DNA of 54,468 nucleotides from the IMG/VR virus record IMGVR_UViG_3300021424_000043, positions 1 through 54,468 of that record, one strand, 5' to 3'. Below the pieces are notes generated by a model. The model saw only the letters and a program-made list of their open reading frames with translations. It searched no databases and was not told where the DNA came from. Positions 20,641-35,627 of this stretch are shown one piece after another (the stretch's first letter is position 1; the number at the start of each line of letters is the position of its first letter). A program made the position numbers and the translations under genes. Source of the stretch: a virus. Taxonomy: Duplodnaviria > Caudoviricetes.

Positions 20641-21396
20641 TTAAACTATATCTGATGCTTGATATTGTATAAAATTGTGTGATATGAGATATGGTAAAAT
20701 ATACTCAAATGCAAGACTTGTATGTGCTGTGGTATCATAATGTCCAGCAGCGGGTCCTGTCTTTACTCTTTCAATCTTTTTCTCATGGAAAAAACCTTCA
20801 GCAGTTCCTGGTATAAAATTCAAGTTATTATACACAGTAGCATAATTGTTTTCTTTCATAATTTTTTCTATATCATCACACCAACTAAAGAAAACAATTG
20901 GAATACCATACATTCTAGCCAAATTTTCCATGGCGCAAATGGTATGTACAATTTTATGATATAAATTATATTCGCTTGTAATTATGTGATTAATAATCAA
21001 ATCGTCAACATCACTATGATATGATTTATTAAGATGTCTTTTAAGGTTTTCTAAATTACTAGTATGATTGAAAGTATAATAAGTTACGTTATTAACATTA
21101 TGAGTGCCTGTAAGGTCTTTGTCTGATGATATAGGTTCATAAAAATTAAAACTTTCAGAATTTAGTCCCAAAGTTAATCTGCCGGCGCTTGTTAACTGAA
21201 CTATTACTAAATCTAATTTATTGTTTACTAGTAGTTGATTTAATTTTGTTACATTCATTTCGTTCCCAGCACCTGCACTATATGCCATTTTTAGTTCACA
21301 ATTCAATTTTTGTGAAAGCATAATAGGCCAGGGTGTACCAGCATAATAACTACTATGGGAACAGCCTAAACTTGCAAATGTAAATTTTGTTTGCAC
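20641..21396 (-). CDS. SGNH/GDSL hydrolase-like protein
   Basis: LGCSHS (block I), AGAGNE (block II), C-terminal GHY....H. Confidence 0.6.
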   Translation of the reverse strand: MQTKFTFASLGCSHSSYYAGTPWPIMLSQKLNCELKMAYSAGAGNEMNVTKLNQLLVNNKLDLVIVQLTSAGRLTLGLNSESFNFYEPISSDKDLTGTHNVNNVTYYTFNHTSNLENLKRHLNKSYHSDVDDLIINHIITSEYNLYHKIVHTICAMENLARMYGIPIVFFSWCDDIEKIMKENNYATVYNNLNFIPGTAEGFFHEKKIERVKTGPAAGHYDTTAHTSLAFEYILPYLISHNFIQYQASDIV

Positions 21397-21399
21397 TTT

Positions 21400-21852
21400 T
21401 TATATATCTTCAATCTTCCTATGTTCACTTTGATATACATCAAACTTGCCGCCAGGGTATCGTGCTTCAAGTTTACGTACATTCTCCGCAATTACATCAT
21501 TTGGATCTAACTCAAGTGCGCGACAAGTACTAATCCAGTACCACATAATATCTCCCAATTCGCGTTTCATATGAAAGACGTTTTCTTGGCTTAGTGGTTT
21601 ACCTTGAAATAGTATCTTTTTTACGATCTCGATTAACTCGCCGGCTTCACTATTCAATCCTATAGCGCCTGTAAGTAATAAAGGTACATTAGCCATTGGC
21701 CCATGCATATACTCGCCATCTGGACCATATGATTCATAATTCGCATCTAACTGGTCCAAACGATTCATAAACTCTGTAAGATCATTACTTTCTTTGCTAG
21801 TAACAGCCTTTACAAACTCTTGATATTTTTTTAAATCAATTTGGTTACTCAT
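21400..21852 (-). CDS. mazG: MazG-like NTP pyrophosphohydrolase
   Basis: GLNSEAGELIEIVKK...ELGDIMWY...NVRKL.ARYP. Confidence 0.9.
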   Translation of the reverse strand: MSNQIDLKKYQEFVKAVTSKESNDLTEFMNRLDQLDANYESYGPDGEYMHGPMANVPLLLTGAIGLNSEAGELIEIVKKILFQGKPLSQENVFHMKRELGDIMWYWISTCRALELDPNDVIAENVRKLEARYPGGKFDVYQSEHRKIEDI

Positions 21853-22049
21853 ACTAAATCCTTAAACATCGTTTTACGTCCACTCTCGCCTAATGTATAG
21901 TCAAAAATTTCTCTTGTGCGTTGCAGCATAGCACACGCTAGCATCAAGTGATCGTTACGATCATTGGTAGATAGTATAGCTGTATCTATAATTTGCATTA
22001 GTGTTCCCATTCTTGATTTGATAGGATCAAATTCATATTTATTATCCAT
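21849..22049 (-). CDS. Hypothetical protein
   Basis: 66-aa ORF overlapping both neighbours at start and stop. Confidence 0.65.
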   Translation of the reverse strand: MDNKYEFDPIKSRMGTLMQIIDTAILSTNDRNDHLMLACAMLQRTREIFDYTLGESGRKTMFKDLV

Positions 22050-23179
22050 TAGAATGCCCTCAATATAATCATGTTAGCATTAAAGCGACCATTAGGCTTT
22101 GCTGCTACTGCCTTAATGCTATCAAAGAATTTACGCGCAGCAGGCTTGCTACCCATAATAACTTTAATTTGCTCTTCAGGCTTGCGTAGAGTTTTGATCT
22201 GCGATTCCTTAGTACAGAAACCAATCAGAGTATTACTCTTGACACTAAGACTTTTGGTATACTCATCAGCAACATAATGATGCAGTTTACGCTTCTTAGT
22301 ATCGTATACCCATGCCTCACTACAGCCATGCAGTTTAGTTGGGCTAATACTTGTAAGTTCTAATTTTTCAAGTTTGAGAGATTTGAGATACTTCAAACGT
22401 CTGACAATTTTCTCAACAGGCACTGTCTTTTTAGCACGGGGCTTCTTGCCTGCTTTCTTCATACCAACATATGCGTTAAGATCGGCAATTACAGTCTCAA
22501 TACTGCCTATGATGTTACGTAACTGAATCTTACCGAAACGCTCATACGCCTCGTTTAACTGTTCATCTTTACCCGATGCAACTTCGTTGTACTCATCAAG
22601 TTTAGTTTGCCAGGCTTCAATAAGAATAGGAACGTGCTGCGGTAATATGTTGCTTTGTGACAACACTTCAATTGCCTTGATACCATCTTTACCAGCACCA
22701 TTTTTTATATACTCGTCCCACAAGCCTTCAAGTTCGCCGCCAAGATTCAGAGTACGCTCACGCATGATCTCCTGCACATTGGGGCGATTACCCACAACAG
22801 GAACGTCTGTAGTGTCATCGGGCTGAGTGAGTGACACAAGACGATCAATCTCAGATTGCAACTTAGACAGAGTATCATTATCTACTACGCTGCCCCTGAC
22901 AATGCATCGTGCAAGCCAACCATAAGTGGGCTTGACATGACGATCATTGACGCGGCGTAGCGTTTTCGCAACTTGTTGCTTGCCCACAACATCTAGATAT
23001 TGGGCAAGAAATTCCTTAGCGTCCTTATTATCATAAAAGTGATTATACCAATTAAATGCTTTGGCGAGTTCCCACGTAGTGCTAACCGCTGCATAGTCGA
23101 ATGTGGGTTCGGGCCCAATGTACTTTGCGTCAGTGTCGCGTGGGTGCAACTCTTTAATTTCTGATTTTGACTTAACCAT
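22049..23179 (-). CDS. Early hypothetical protein, 376 aa
   Basis: Strong sigma70 promoter and ACGGAG SD; basic C-terminal half ending KTLRKPEE...GRFN..MIILR. Confidence 0.75.
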   Translation of the reverse strand: MVKSKSEIKELHPRDTDAKYIGPEPTFDYAAVSTTWELAKAFNWYNHFYDNKDAKEFLAQYLDVVGKQQVAKTLRRVNDRHVKPTYGWLARCIVRGSVVDNDTLSKLQSEIDRLVSLTQPDDTTDVPVVGNRPNVQEIMRERTLNLGGELEGLWDEYIKNGAGKDGIKAIEVLSQSNILPQHVPILIEAWQTKLDEYNEVASGKDEQLNEAYERFGKIQLRNIIGSIETVIADLNAYVGMKKAGKKPRAKKTVPVEKIVRRLKYLKSLKLEKLELTSISPTKLHGCSEAWVYDTKKRKLHHYVADEYTKSLSVKSNTLIGFCTKESQIKTLRKPEEQIKVIMGSKPAARKFFDSIKAVAAKPNGRFNANMIILRAF

Positions 23180-23211
23180 GAAAAACTCCGTAATTATACT
23201 TCAACCCTACT

Positions 23212-23260
23212 ATTATAAAGCCTTATTTAAATAGAGTCAAGTCTATGTAAGCCATTGATT
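23212..23260 (-). promoter_or_regulatory. Sigma70 promoter TTGACT-17-TATAAT with upstream IHF-consensus box AATCAATGGCTTA
   Basis: -10 at 23212-23217, -35 at 23235-23240, WATCAANNNNTTR match at 23248-23260. Confidence 0.8.
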
Positions 23261-23264
23261 TTAA

Positions 23265-23272
23265 ACTAAATA
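23265..23272 (+). promoter_or_regulatory. Late promoter ACTAAATA, ATG 4 nt downstream
   Basis: Directly precedes 23277; no SD visible. Confidence 0.65.
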
Positions 23273-23276
23273 CTAT

Positions 23277-25004
23277 ATGCCTAAACTGTCCTTATATAGC
23301 CCTACCAAACAAAACGACTACAAATTTATGGATACAACAATATCCGAAATGTTGACAGTTGGTGGCACTGACTTATATATTCATAAGTATCTAGGCCCAG
23401 ATGCACAGACACCTAGTGTTGATTATACTCAACCCCAATACCTGACAACTGATCCAAATCAGATACAAGATTTATTGTTTTTAGAAAATCGTGATCGTAA
23501 ATATGATCCAAACATTTATAGATTACGTGGTCATTATAGTGTTCAAAACTTAGACTTCGATCTAAGCCAGTTTGGCTTATTCTTGAATAATGACATTATA
23601 TTCATCACCGTTCACTATAACGATATGATCGATATCGTTGGTAGAAAGTTAATGGTGGGCGATGTTCTTGAGTTGCCACATTTATTAGACTATAATCCTT
23701 TGAAAGAAACTATACCAGTAGCACTTAAACGTTTTTATCAAATTACAGATTCTAATTTTGCTAGTGAAGGGTTTAGTCAAACATGGTATCCACATCTATG
23801 GCGTATTAAATGTGAACCATTAGTAGACAGTGAAGAATTTAGTAACATACTTAAAGAACCAATTAATCAAGATAATTATTTAGGAGATTGGGATAAAACT
23901 AAAACATATGCTGCTGGTTATGTTGTAAGTTTTGGCGATAAAAATTATATTAGTATTACTGATGTACCGGCAAATACAAGCCCTCCTGATTCTACTTACT
24001 GGAGATTAGATACAGGACAAAACCTAAAAGATATACTTGCTACATACAATAGAAATATTGAAATTAACAATGCTCAACTTGAGGAAGCGAAACGTATTGT
24101 TCCTAAAGCAGGTTATGATCGTAGCAAACTTTATATAGTACCTACATATGGCGTCTTTGAAGAAAATGGTGTTAAGTCAAATAAGTTCGATCAGCCTGCA
24201 CCCCCAGAGGGCATAGAACAAGCAAATGACGGTCCACCTAATGTTAATAGTACCGGCACAATATTATTTGTATCGAATCCATCATACAGTATGAAAAGTG
24301 CTGCTTTGCGTATCCCTAAAGCCACAGTAGAAAATTTATGGAACATGACAGTTGATGGTGTTGATAAATTAGTAGGCAAAAATCCAGTAAGTTTACAAGT
24401 ACGTGAATATAAACCTGCCCCACTACAGGACGTAGGCACAAGCCGTGTAGTAGAAAATGACAGAGTATTGACTATATTACCATTAGGGCCAGTAACTGGC
24501 CCTTATGGTACTGCTGACAACACTTATGCTACGGCTGACCAAAATCCTGTAGCGTCTGGTTTTACAGGTACGGAACCATATGGACCACAAACTATGAACT
24601 ATCGTGCAGATTGCGATCCAGCGTTTCAGTTTATCATGCGAGCCAGTCCAAGATCGTTTGGGTATACTAGCGGTTATCTTGATGGCACTGGAGAGGCACC
24701 AAATGGAATTCCTACAGGGGCAGGTATTAGTTTTCCACAAAGTCCACAAGTTGGAGATTATTTCTTACGTATAGATTATTTGCCACAAATATTATATCGC
24801 TGGGACGGACAACTATGGGTACGTATTAGCACTAAAGTAAGAACTGACACAGGATTTACATATGCTGATAAATCACAACTTAGTGGCTTTATTAATGATG
24901 ACGGGGAAATCTACGTAAATAATCAAGAGAAATTAATAAAGTCAGCACAGCCATTAAGTCAAATATTAAACTTACCACAAACACCTATACCACCAGAAGA
25001 ATAA
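23277..25004 (+). CDS. Neck/head-completion protein (gp14-like) with C-terminal extensions, 575 aa
   Basis: GGTDLYIHKY...DLLFLENRDRKY...DLSQFGLFL..D.IFITVH...GDVLELPH...WRIKCEP; upstream of a gp15-like gene. Confidence 0.7.
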   Translation: MPKLSLYSPTKQNDYKFMDTTISEMLTVGGTDLYIHKYLGPDAQTPSVDYTQPQYLTTDPNQIQDLLFLENRDRKYDPNIYRLRGHYSVQNLDFDLSQFGLFLNNDIIFITVHYNDMIDIVGRKLMVGDVLELPHLLDYNPLKETIPVALKRFYQITDSNFASEGFSQTWYPHLWRIKCEPLVDSEEFSNILKEPINQDNYLGDWDKTKTYAAGYVVSFGDKNYISITDVPANTSPPDSTYWRLDTGQNLKDILATYNRNIEINNAQLEEAKRIVPKAGYDRSKLYIVPTYGVFEENGVKSNKFDQPAPPEGIEQANDGPPNVNSTGTILFVSNPSYSMKSAALRIPKATVENLWNMTVDGVDKLVGKNPVSLQVREYKPAPLQDVGTSRVVENDRVLTILPLGPVTGPYGTADNTYATADQNPVASGFTGTEPYGPQTMNYRADCDPAFQFIMRASPRSFGYTSGYLDGTGEAPNGIPTGAGISFPQSPQVGDYFLRIDYLPQILYRWDGQLWVRISTKVRTDTGFTYADKSQLSGFINDDGEIYVNNQEKLIKSAQPLSQILNLPQTPIPPEE

Positions 25005-25007
25005 AAT

Positions 25008-26390
25008 ATGGCACAATTTTTTTACGATAATCAAATACGTAGATTCTTATTACAATTTGCTAAGATTTTTAGTAATTGGTATGTAACTAAAGGTAAGGAT
25101 CCCAACGGCAATGACATACTTGTTCGTGTTCCTGTAATGTACGGCGATGCTAGTAGACAAGCTAGTACAATTATTGCAAAAAATAGTGCAAGTAATTTAC
25201 CCAGTGCTCCATTAATAACTTATTATATTACTGGATTAGAATATGATCAAGGACGTATGCAAGATCCTACATTTATAGATAGACTTAATGTACGACAACG
25301 TGCATATAATTCTGAAAGTCAGACATACGAAACTACACAAGGGCAAGCATTTACTGTAGAACGTTTGATGCCGGTACCTTATACATTACGTTGTCAAGTT
25401 GATATGTGGACTACAAATTATAATCAAAAATTACAATTAATGGAGCAATTAGGTACGCTTTTTAATCCTGCATTAGAAATTCAAAGTACAGACAACTTTA
25501 TAGATTGGACGTCATTAAGTGTTGTTTTTCAAGATGGTATTACATTTAGTAGTCGCAGTATACCTATTGGTACAGGCAATCCAATTGACGTATTAACTTG
25601 GCGTTTTTACATGCCTATATTCATCAGTACAAGTAGTAAACTGAAAAAGATGGGAGTAATTCATAAAGTTATTGCTAGTATATATAAAGGTAAATCATTA
25701 CTTGATATTAAAGATGAAGATTTATTATTAGGTACACGACAAAAAATTACTCCATATGGTTATAAAGTTTTATTTCAGAATGGAACATTACAACTTTTAC
25801 CTAACGATGAACCGTTCTATCCAAGTAATGAAACTTTTGAAATGCCAGCACCTCCAAATACTAATTTATATTGGACTGCGTTATTGAACGTATATGGTAA
25901 ATGGAAACCAGGCATTAGTCAAATATGGTTACAGAACCCTTATATGGAGGATGAAATTGTTGGTACAATTGTTCCAGATCCATTAGATGATAGAATATTA
26001 ATTTATCAAGTAGACACTGATACATTACCTCAAAACACATTAACTTCAGTCAGTGGTGTTATTAATCCACTAATGGTAGGCCCAAATGCAGGTTTACCAG
26101 GGCCTATAAATGGACGCAGATATTTAATTGTTGAAAATATAGGACATGAAGATAATAGTACAGCTGCTTGGGGAGATTTAATTGCAAGCACTAATGATAT
26201 TATACAATTTAGTTCGACGACCATGAGTTGGAGCGTAGACTTTGATGCCAGTGACGCTGAAGAAGGTGATGTTGAATATGTAACTAATCTTGCTAATAAT
26301 GTACAATATAGATATGTTCAAGAAGAAGGACAATGGATGAAATCATATGAAGGTTGGTATGAACAGGGTGATTACAGTATAGTGATCTAA
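25008..26390 (+). CDS. Tail terminator/sheath stabiliser (gp15-like)
   Basis: FFYDNQIRRFLLQF..IFSN...RVPVMYG...YDQGR...MPVPY.L....D......Q..QLMEQL..LFNP. Confidence 0.8.
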   Translation: MAQFFYDNQIRRFLLQFAKIFSNWYVTKGKDPNGNDILVRVPVMYGDASRQASTIIAKNSASNLPSAPLITYYITGLEYDQGRMQDPTFIDRLNVRQRAYNSESQTYETTQGQAFTVERLMPVPYTLRCQVDMWTTNYNQKLQLMEQLGTLFNPALEIQSTDNFIDWTSLSVVFQDGITFSSRSIPIGTGNPIDVLTWRFYMPIFISTSSKLKKMGVIHKVIASIYKGKSLLDIKDEDLLLGTRQKITPYGYKVLFQNGTLQLLPNDEPFYPSNETFEMPAPPNTNLYWTALLNVYGKWKPGISQIWLQNPYMEDEIVGTIVPDPLDDRILIYQVDTDTLPQNTLTSVSGVINPLMVGPNAGLPGPINGRRYLIVENIGHEDNSTAAWGDLIASTNDIIQFSSTTMSWSVDFDASDAEEGDVEYVTNLANNVQYRYVQEEGQWMKSYEGWYEQGDYSIVI

Positions 26391-26794
26391 TGAATAATAC
26401 AGCAGTTGGAATATTCTTTTATTGTAAAATAACAAAACGTTTCTTATATCTTTTTAGAAACGATGGTAAAGCCTATGTATGGAGTATACCTGGAGGAAAA
26501 ATAGATCCAGAAGAAACATTACTAAATGGATTAAAACGTGAATGTTTAGAAGAAACTAGTTACTGGCCTACTAACGCTAAATTAATTCCTATTCAAAAGT
26601 TTGTGAATGGAAGTTTTACTTACCATACTTTTTTCTGTGCGATAAATGAAGAATTCAAACCATTACTTAATGATGAACATTGTGGATATGCATGGGTAGG
26701 CGATGGACAATATCCACGACCACTACATCCTGGATTATTTTCAACTATTAATATTGATGTAGTGCAAGAAAAACTAAAAACACTTACACAATAA
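26390..26794 (+). CDS. NUDIX hydrolase
   Basis: Nudix box GGKIDPEETLLNGLKRECLEET; LNDEH..YAW. Confidence 0.9.
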   Translation: MNNTAVGIFFYCKITKRFLYLFRNDGKAYVWSIPGGKIDPEETLLNGLKRECLEETSYWPTNAKLIPIQKFVNGSFTYHTFFCAINEEFKPLLNDEHCGYAWVGDGQYPRPLHPGLFSTINIDVVQEKLKTLTQ

Positions 26795-26820
26795 AAACGG
26801 GGCTTTATGCCCCGTTTTTA
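26792..26820. terminator. Bidirectional terminator between convergent genes
   Basis: Perfect 12-bp inverted repeat taaaaacggggc/gccccgttttta. Confidence 0.9.
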
Positions 26821-26839
26821 CTAGTCATATAGACTATAC

Positions 26840-27151
26840 TCAGCCTACAATCATCTGAATTGCTTCGACACCCGTAGCGCCCAGTATTGCTGCTGCGCCC
26901 ATTAGCATCCATTTTATCTTTTCAATGCCTGATACCTTGTCTGCTAATTCTTCATGTGCTTTATTTTGGCTGTCTTGAAACTCTTTTAAGAAATCTCTCG
27001 TTTCAGCCATGTTACGATCTAAACATTCGTGTAAATCTTTAACATCAATTTTCAATTCATCAACCTTATCATGTAGATTGCGAACTTCTAATTGCAATAC
27101 TGCCACATCGGTAACAGTTTGTTCAAAACGCTTTCTTACTGTTGTTGGCAT
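26840..27151 (-). CDS. Coiled-coil protein with C-terminal hydrophobic helix (holin/XhlA-like architecture)
   Basis: Heptad-like body, then KWMLMGAAAILGATGV. Confidence 0.5.
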   Translation of the reverse strand: MPTTVRKRFEQTVTDVAVLQLEVRNLHDKVDELKIDVKDLHECLDRNMAETRDFLKEFQDSQNKAHEELADKVSGIEKIKWMLMGAAAILGATGVEAIQMIVG

Positions 27152-27164
27152 TTTTTACTTCCTA

Positions 27165-28172
27165 TCAAGCCTTATTAATACTTACTAATGGATAAGGCAT
27201 ACCATTATCAGCGTTAGCCACAGCAGCAGTATTGAATGTACCGAATGCTGGTGAACTATTGTTAATATTTGCTGCATCATTTGGCAATGCTGTCTCGCCA
27301 GAAGTTGCTGTAAATATTTCAAGAGTATGATCACTTAGGCTTTGTACTAGAGTAGTGTCTGCGTTAGCATATGTTGCAATGATTGACATAGTGTTTGGTA
27401 ACAACGCTGTGTTTGCTAGGTTCGCTGTATAGCACGCACCTACTAATCCAGATGTTGATCCTTTTACCAAATACTTCTGTTTGCCTTTTTGACGCACGAT
27501 GAATCCCGCTTCATTGTCAGCATATGCAAAACTTCCGCCTGATACAGCGACCGCCGCATTAGCGGTTAATTCAAGCTCGTCAGCAGCAGTAATACTATCT
27601 ACATAGCCAATCAAATCTCCATCACTATTGGCTAATACTGAACCTGCTGATAGTTGAGTATCAAATACAGTGCTACTGCCTGTTACAGTAGTGCTATTTG
27701 TAGCTGCTGTTAAAGTCCCTGTACCTGACTGGCCAACTGCAACGCGACATAGAACTTGATTACCAAATATTGCAGTATTACCCCCAACTACACCAAATGT
27801 TGCTGTGTTAGTTGCTGGATACCCTTCGCCGCTGATTGGATTGTTGAAATATGCATCAACAACGCCAACTGTTAGGGCTACAGATTGTGCTGCTGTAGTT
27901 GAAAGATCAACTTTCTCAGAAGTTGGATTTGCAGAAAGTGTAGTTGCAGACACAGTAAATGTACTGTTAGCACCTGCGTTAATTACCTCTAGAATAAAAT
28001 ATGTAGTACCTGCTACTAAACCACCTACGCTGCTTGCTGGAATGAATGGCATGCCTGCAATAATGCCTAGAGTAGTAAAGTTTGCTGAAGTAGTTACGAT
28101 ATCTGTTGCCGCTGCTGTTGCTGTTAATGTAACCACAGCCTGGGCTTTTGCGATTTTTAGTGGACGACCCAT
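27165..28172 (-). CDS. Virion structural protein, 335 aa
   Basis: A/T/G-rich; GFIVRQKGKQKYLV motif; strong AGGAG SD; own late promoter at 28255-28262. Confidence 0.6.
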   Translation of the reverse strand: MGRPLKIAKAQAVVTLTATAAATDIVTTSANFTTLGIIAGMPFIPASSVGGLVAGTTYFILEVINAGANSTFTVSATTLSANPTSEKVDLSTTAAQSVALTVGVVDAYFNNPISGEGYPATNTATFGVVGGNTAIFGNQVLCRVAVGQSGTGTLTAATNSTTVTGSSTVFDTQLSAGSVLANSDGDLIGYVDSITAADELELTANAAVAVSGGSFAYADNEAGFIVRQKGKQKYLVKGSTSGLVGACYTANLANTALLPNTMSIIATYANADTTLVQSLSDHTLEIFTATSGETALPNDAANINNSSPAFGTFNTAAVANADNGMPYPLVSINKA

Positions 28173-28190
28173 TGTTTTTCTCCTATAATT

Positions 28191-28247
28191 TCGGGTTCTA
28201 GCCGATACGCGGCGGGAACCGCATAAGTCAATACAACAACGTATTGA
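28191..28247 (-). ncRNA. Candidate structured 5' leader with three hairpins
   Basis: UCAAUAC/GUAUUGA, UAUGCGG/CCGCGUA and UCGG/CCGA stems lie between the late promoter and the SD. Confidence 0.45.
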
Positions 28248-28289
28248 ACAGTATTATTTATCAAAAAAGTAGATTTTTTTACGCTACTA

Positions 28290-28559
28290 TTATTCGCCGA
28301 TAGCTGCGCCAAGTTCTGTGACTGAAAATATACCAGTACCGCTTACACTGATATAAGCAATCTTATTTCCTTCACCTACAATAAAACTATTGTTTACAGT
28401 ATTTGCTGGAATTATTTCACAACCAGTTAAATTTGCTGTTGGATTACTACCTACTGCAACCGCGACTGCACTAGTAGTAGTTGATATACGTACCTTATCA
28501 GTGCCTGAGGCTGATGTTTGTTGACTTGTTCCGCTGGGTGTGTAAATTACTGCTGCCAT
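28290..28559 (-). CDS. Small beta-rich virion protein
   Basis: 89 aa; late promoter GATAAATA 5 nt upstream of the ATG. Confidence 0.6.
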   Translation of the reverse strand: MAAVIYTPSGTSQQTSASGTDKVRISTTTSAVAVAVGSNPTANLTGCEIIPANTVNNSFIVGEGNKIAYISVSGTGIFSVTELGAAIGE

Positions 28560-28572
28560 AATATTATTTATC

Positions 28573-34208
<5,636 letters not shown>

Positions 34209-34212
34209 GGGA

Positions 34213-34905
34213 CTAATGAACGAAACTTGAATAATACTGTTCTAGTCGTTTAAACCAACATTCTGTCCATTGATCGAACTCAATGCCTTCTATAATAAAC
34301 TCTTGATATTGATTATCAGCACTACACATAAAGATAACACCCTTACGTATTTTAGTGCCATAGACTTCATTATGCGCATTTGCATAGGCTGCTAACTGTA
34401 TAAAATAATCTTCAATCCATTCGCGCTTTTTCGGCTTATTAGTTTGTTTGTGATCCATAATAGCATCACTATTTTGATGTACCCCTACAAGATCAGTAGT
34501 TCCTGCATAGACTTCAGGATAATATAAACTTACTTCTGTACCCCAATATTCCTGACATTTGCATAGTCCTTTTTCTATTATAGTTTTAGCCATATTATGG
34601 CTTTGTATACTATAAGGATTAGTGCCTGGATTGCCCGCTTCTCCAGTCTTTATATGATTCTCTAACCATTTATGCATACGTGTGCCACGACCAGCAGCCT
34701 CAGTAGTAATCTGTTTAGCTTTTTCTTCGCCTACACGTTTACGCCATTCTTGTAATGCTTTTTTCTTTTCCTCTGGCTTAGTAGCATCTAGTATTGTGGT
34801 GACACTGGGTACTGCAAATCCGTCTGGGGTCACATATTTCCTTGACCCATCTATAGTTTGCTTTTTTAATTCAGCATAAGGATATTTTGTTGGGATATAT
34901 ATCAA
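34213..34905 (-). CDS. PD-(D/E)XK exonuclease (RecB/lambda-exo-like)
   Basis: PSVTTIL, RGTRMH, E..LY...YAGTTDLVG, IMDHKQ, YFIQLAAYA. Confidence 0.85.
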   Translation of the reverse strand: MIYIPTKYPYAELKKQTIDGSRKYVTPDGFAVPSVTTILDATKPEEKKKALQEWRKRVGEEKAKQITTEAAGRGTRMHKWLENHIKTGEAGNPGTNPYSIQSHNMAKTIIEKGLCKCQEYWGTEVSLYYPEVYAGTTDLVGVHQNSDAIMDHKQTNKPKKREWIEDYFIQLAAYANAHNEVYGTKIRKGVIFMCSADNQYQEFIIEGIEFDQWTECWFKRLEQYYSSFVH

Positions 34906-35222
34906 ACAGTAAAACTCTCGCCGCAGCCGCAGCGTCCACTTTCATTAGGATTAATAAATTCAAATTTTTCATTTAATCCCTGTCTAATATAATCAACTGT
35001 CATACCTTCAAGATGCTTATATGCATCTTTTGTGACCCAAACATAAACATCATCATGTATGCTTAAAAAATCTTCTGATTTCCATTCATCAGCAAATTCA
35101 ATTTTATAGGCATAACCACTGCATCCTGTTTTAGTTATACCCAATCTTATTCCTAATCCTTTGCCGCGATCTTTTAATTGTTCTTTAAATCTAGTTTTAG
35201 CATTACTGGTTAATGTTATCAT
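34902..35222 (-). CDS. iscA: A-type Fe-S cluster carrier (IscA/SufA/HesB family)
   Basis: MITLT..A; IRLG....GCSGYAY; F.NPN....CGCGESF. Confidence 0.93.
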   Translation of the reverse strand: MITLTSNAKTRFKEQLKDRGKGLGIRLGITKTGCSGYAYKIEFADEWKSEDFLSIHDDVYVWVTKDAYKHLEGMTVDYIRQGLNEKFEFINPNESGRCGCGESFTV

Positions 35223-35228
35223 ATCTAT

Positions 35229-35256
35229 ATTATAATATAAAGCAACCTAAAGTCAA
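35229..35256 (-). promoter_or_regulatory. Sigma70-like promoter TTGACT-16-TATAAT, ATG 6 nt downstream
   Basis: Near-consensus hexamers in the intergenic gap. Confidence 0.65.
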
Positions 35257-35264
35257 GTAATAGA

Positions 35265-35624
35265 TTATTTGTTTAGTGCTTTTTTAGCCATTTTACTTAC
35301 TGTGTCTTTACTACTTTCGCTTGACTGAGGTTCAGGAGGTGGTTGCTCTTTATTTCCTCTAAACACTACCTCACCATTTTGAATATTTAATATACTTTTC
35401 TTAAATGGGTTTTTATCACTAGAAACCATTTTTAAAACATCTTTTTCAGTAAGTGTATAGTTTGAATCGCTTTGCTGTAAATAATTATTAATCCATTTAG
35501 TAAGTTGATATAATGACCAATTAGATTTTAGTTGTTGTTGATTACGCAAATCTTCAAGACGGCCAGCTGCAACTAAAATCGCATTAACCTCATCATTTTG
35601 ATTTTCAAACTCAAAGAGATACAT
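35265..35624 (-). CDS. Late hypothetical protein
   Basis: 119-aa ORF ending VSKMAKKAL. Confidence 0.6.
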   Translation of the reverse strand: MYLFEFENQNDEVNAILVAAGRLEDLRNQQQLKSNWSLYQLTKWINNYLQQSDSNYTLTEKDVLKMVSSDKNPFKKSILNIQNGEVVFRGNKEQPPPEPQSSESSKDTVSKMAKKALNK

Positions 35625-35627
35625 TTA

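Noticed and set aside
34213-34905. Exonuclease as an Fe-S Cas4 served by the adjacent IscA
   Set aside because: Lacks the Cas4 cysteine arrangement (one N-terminal Cys plus a C-terminal CxxC...C cluster)
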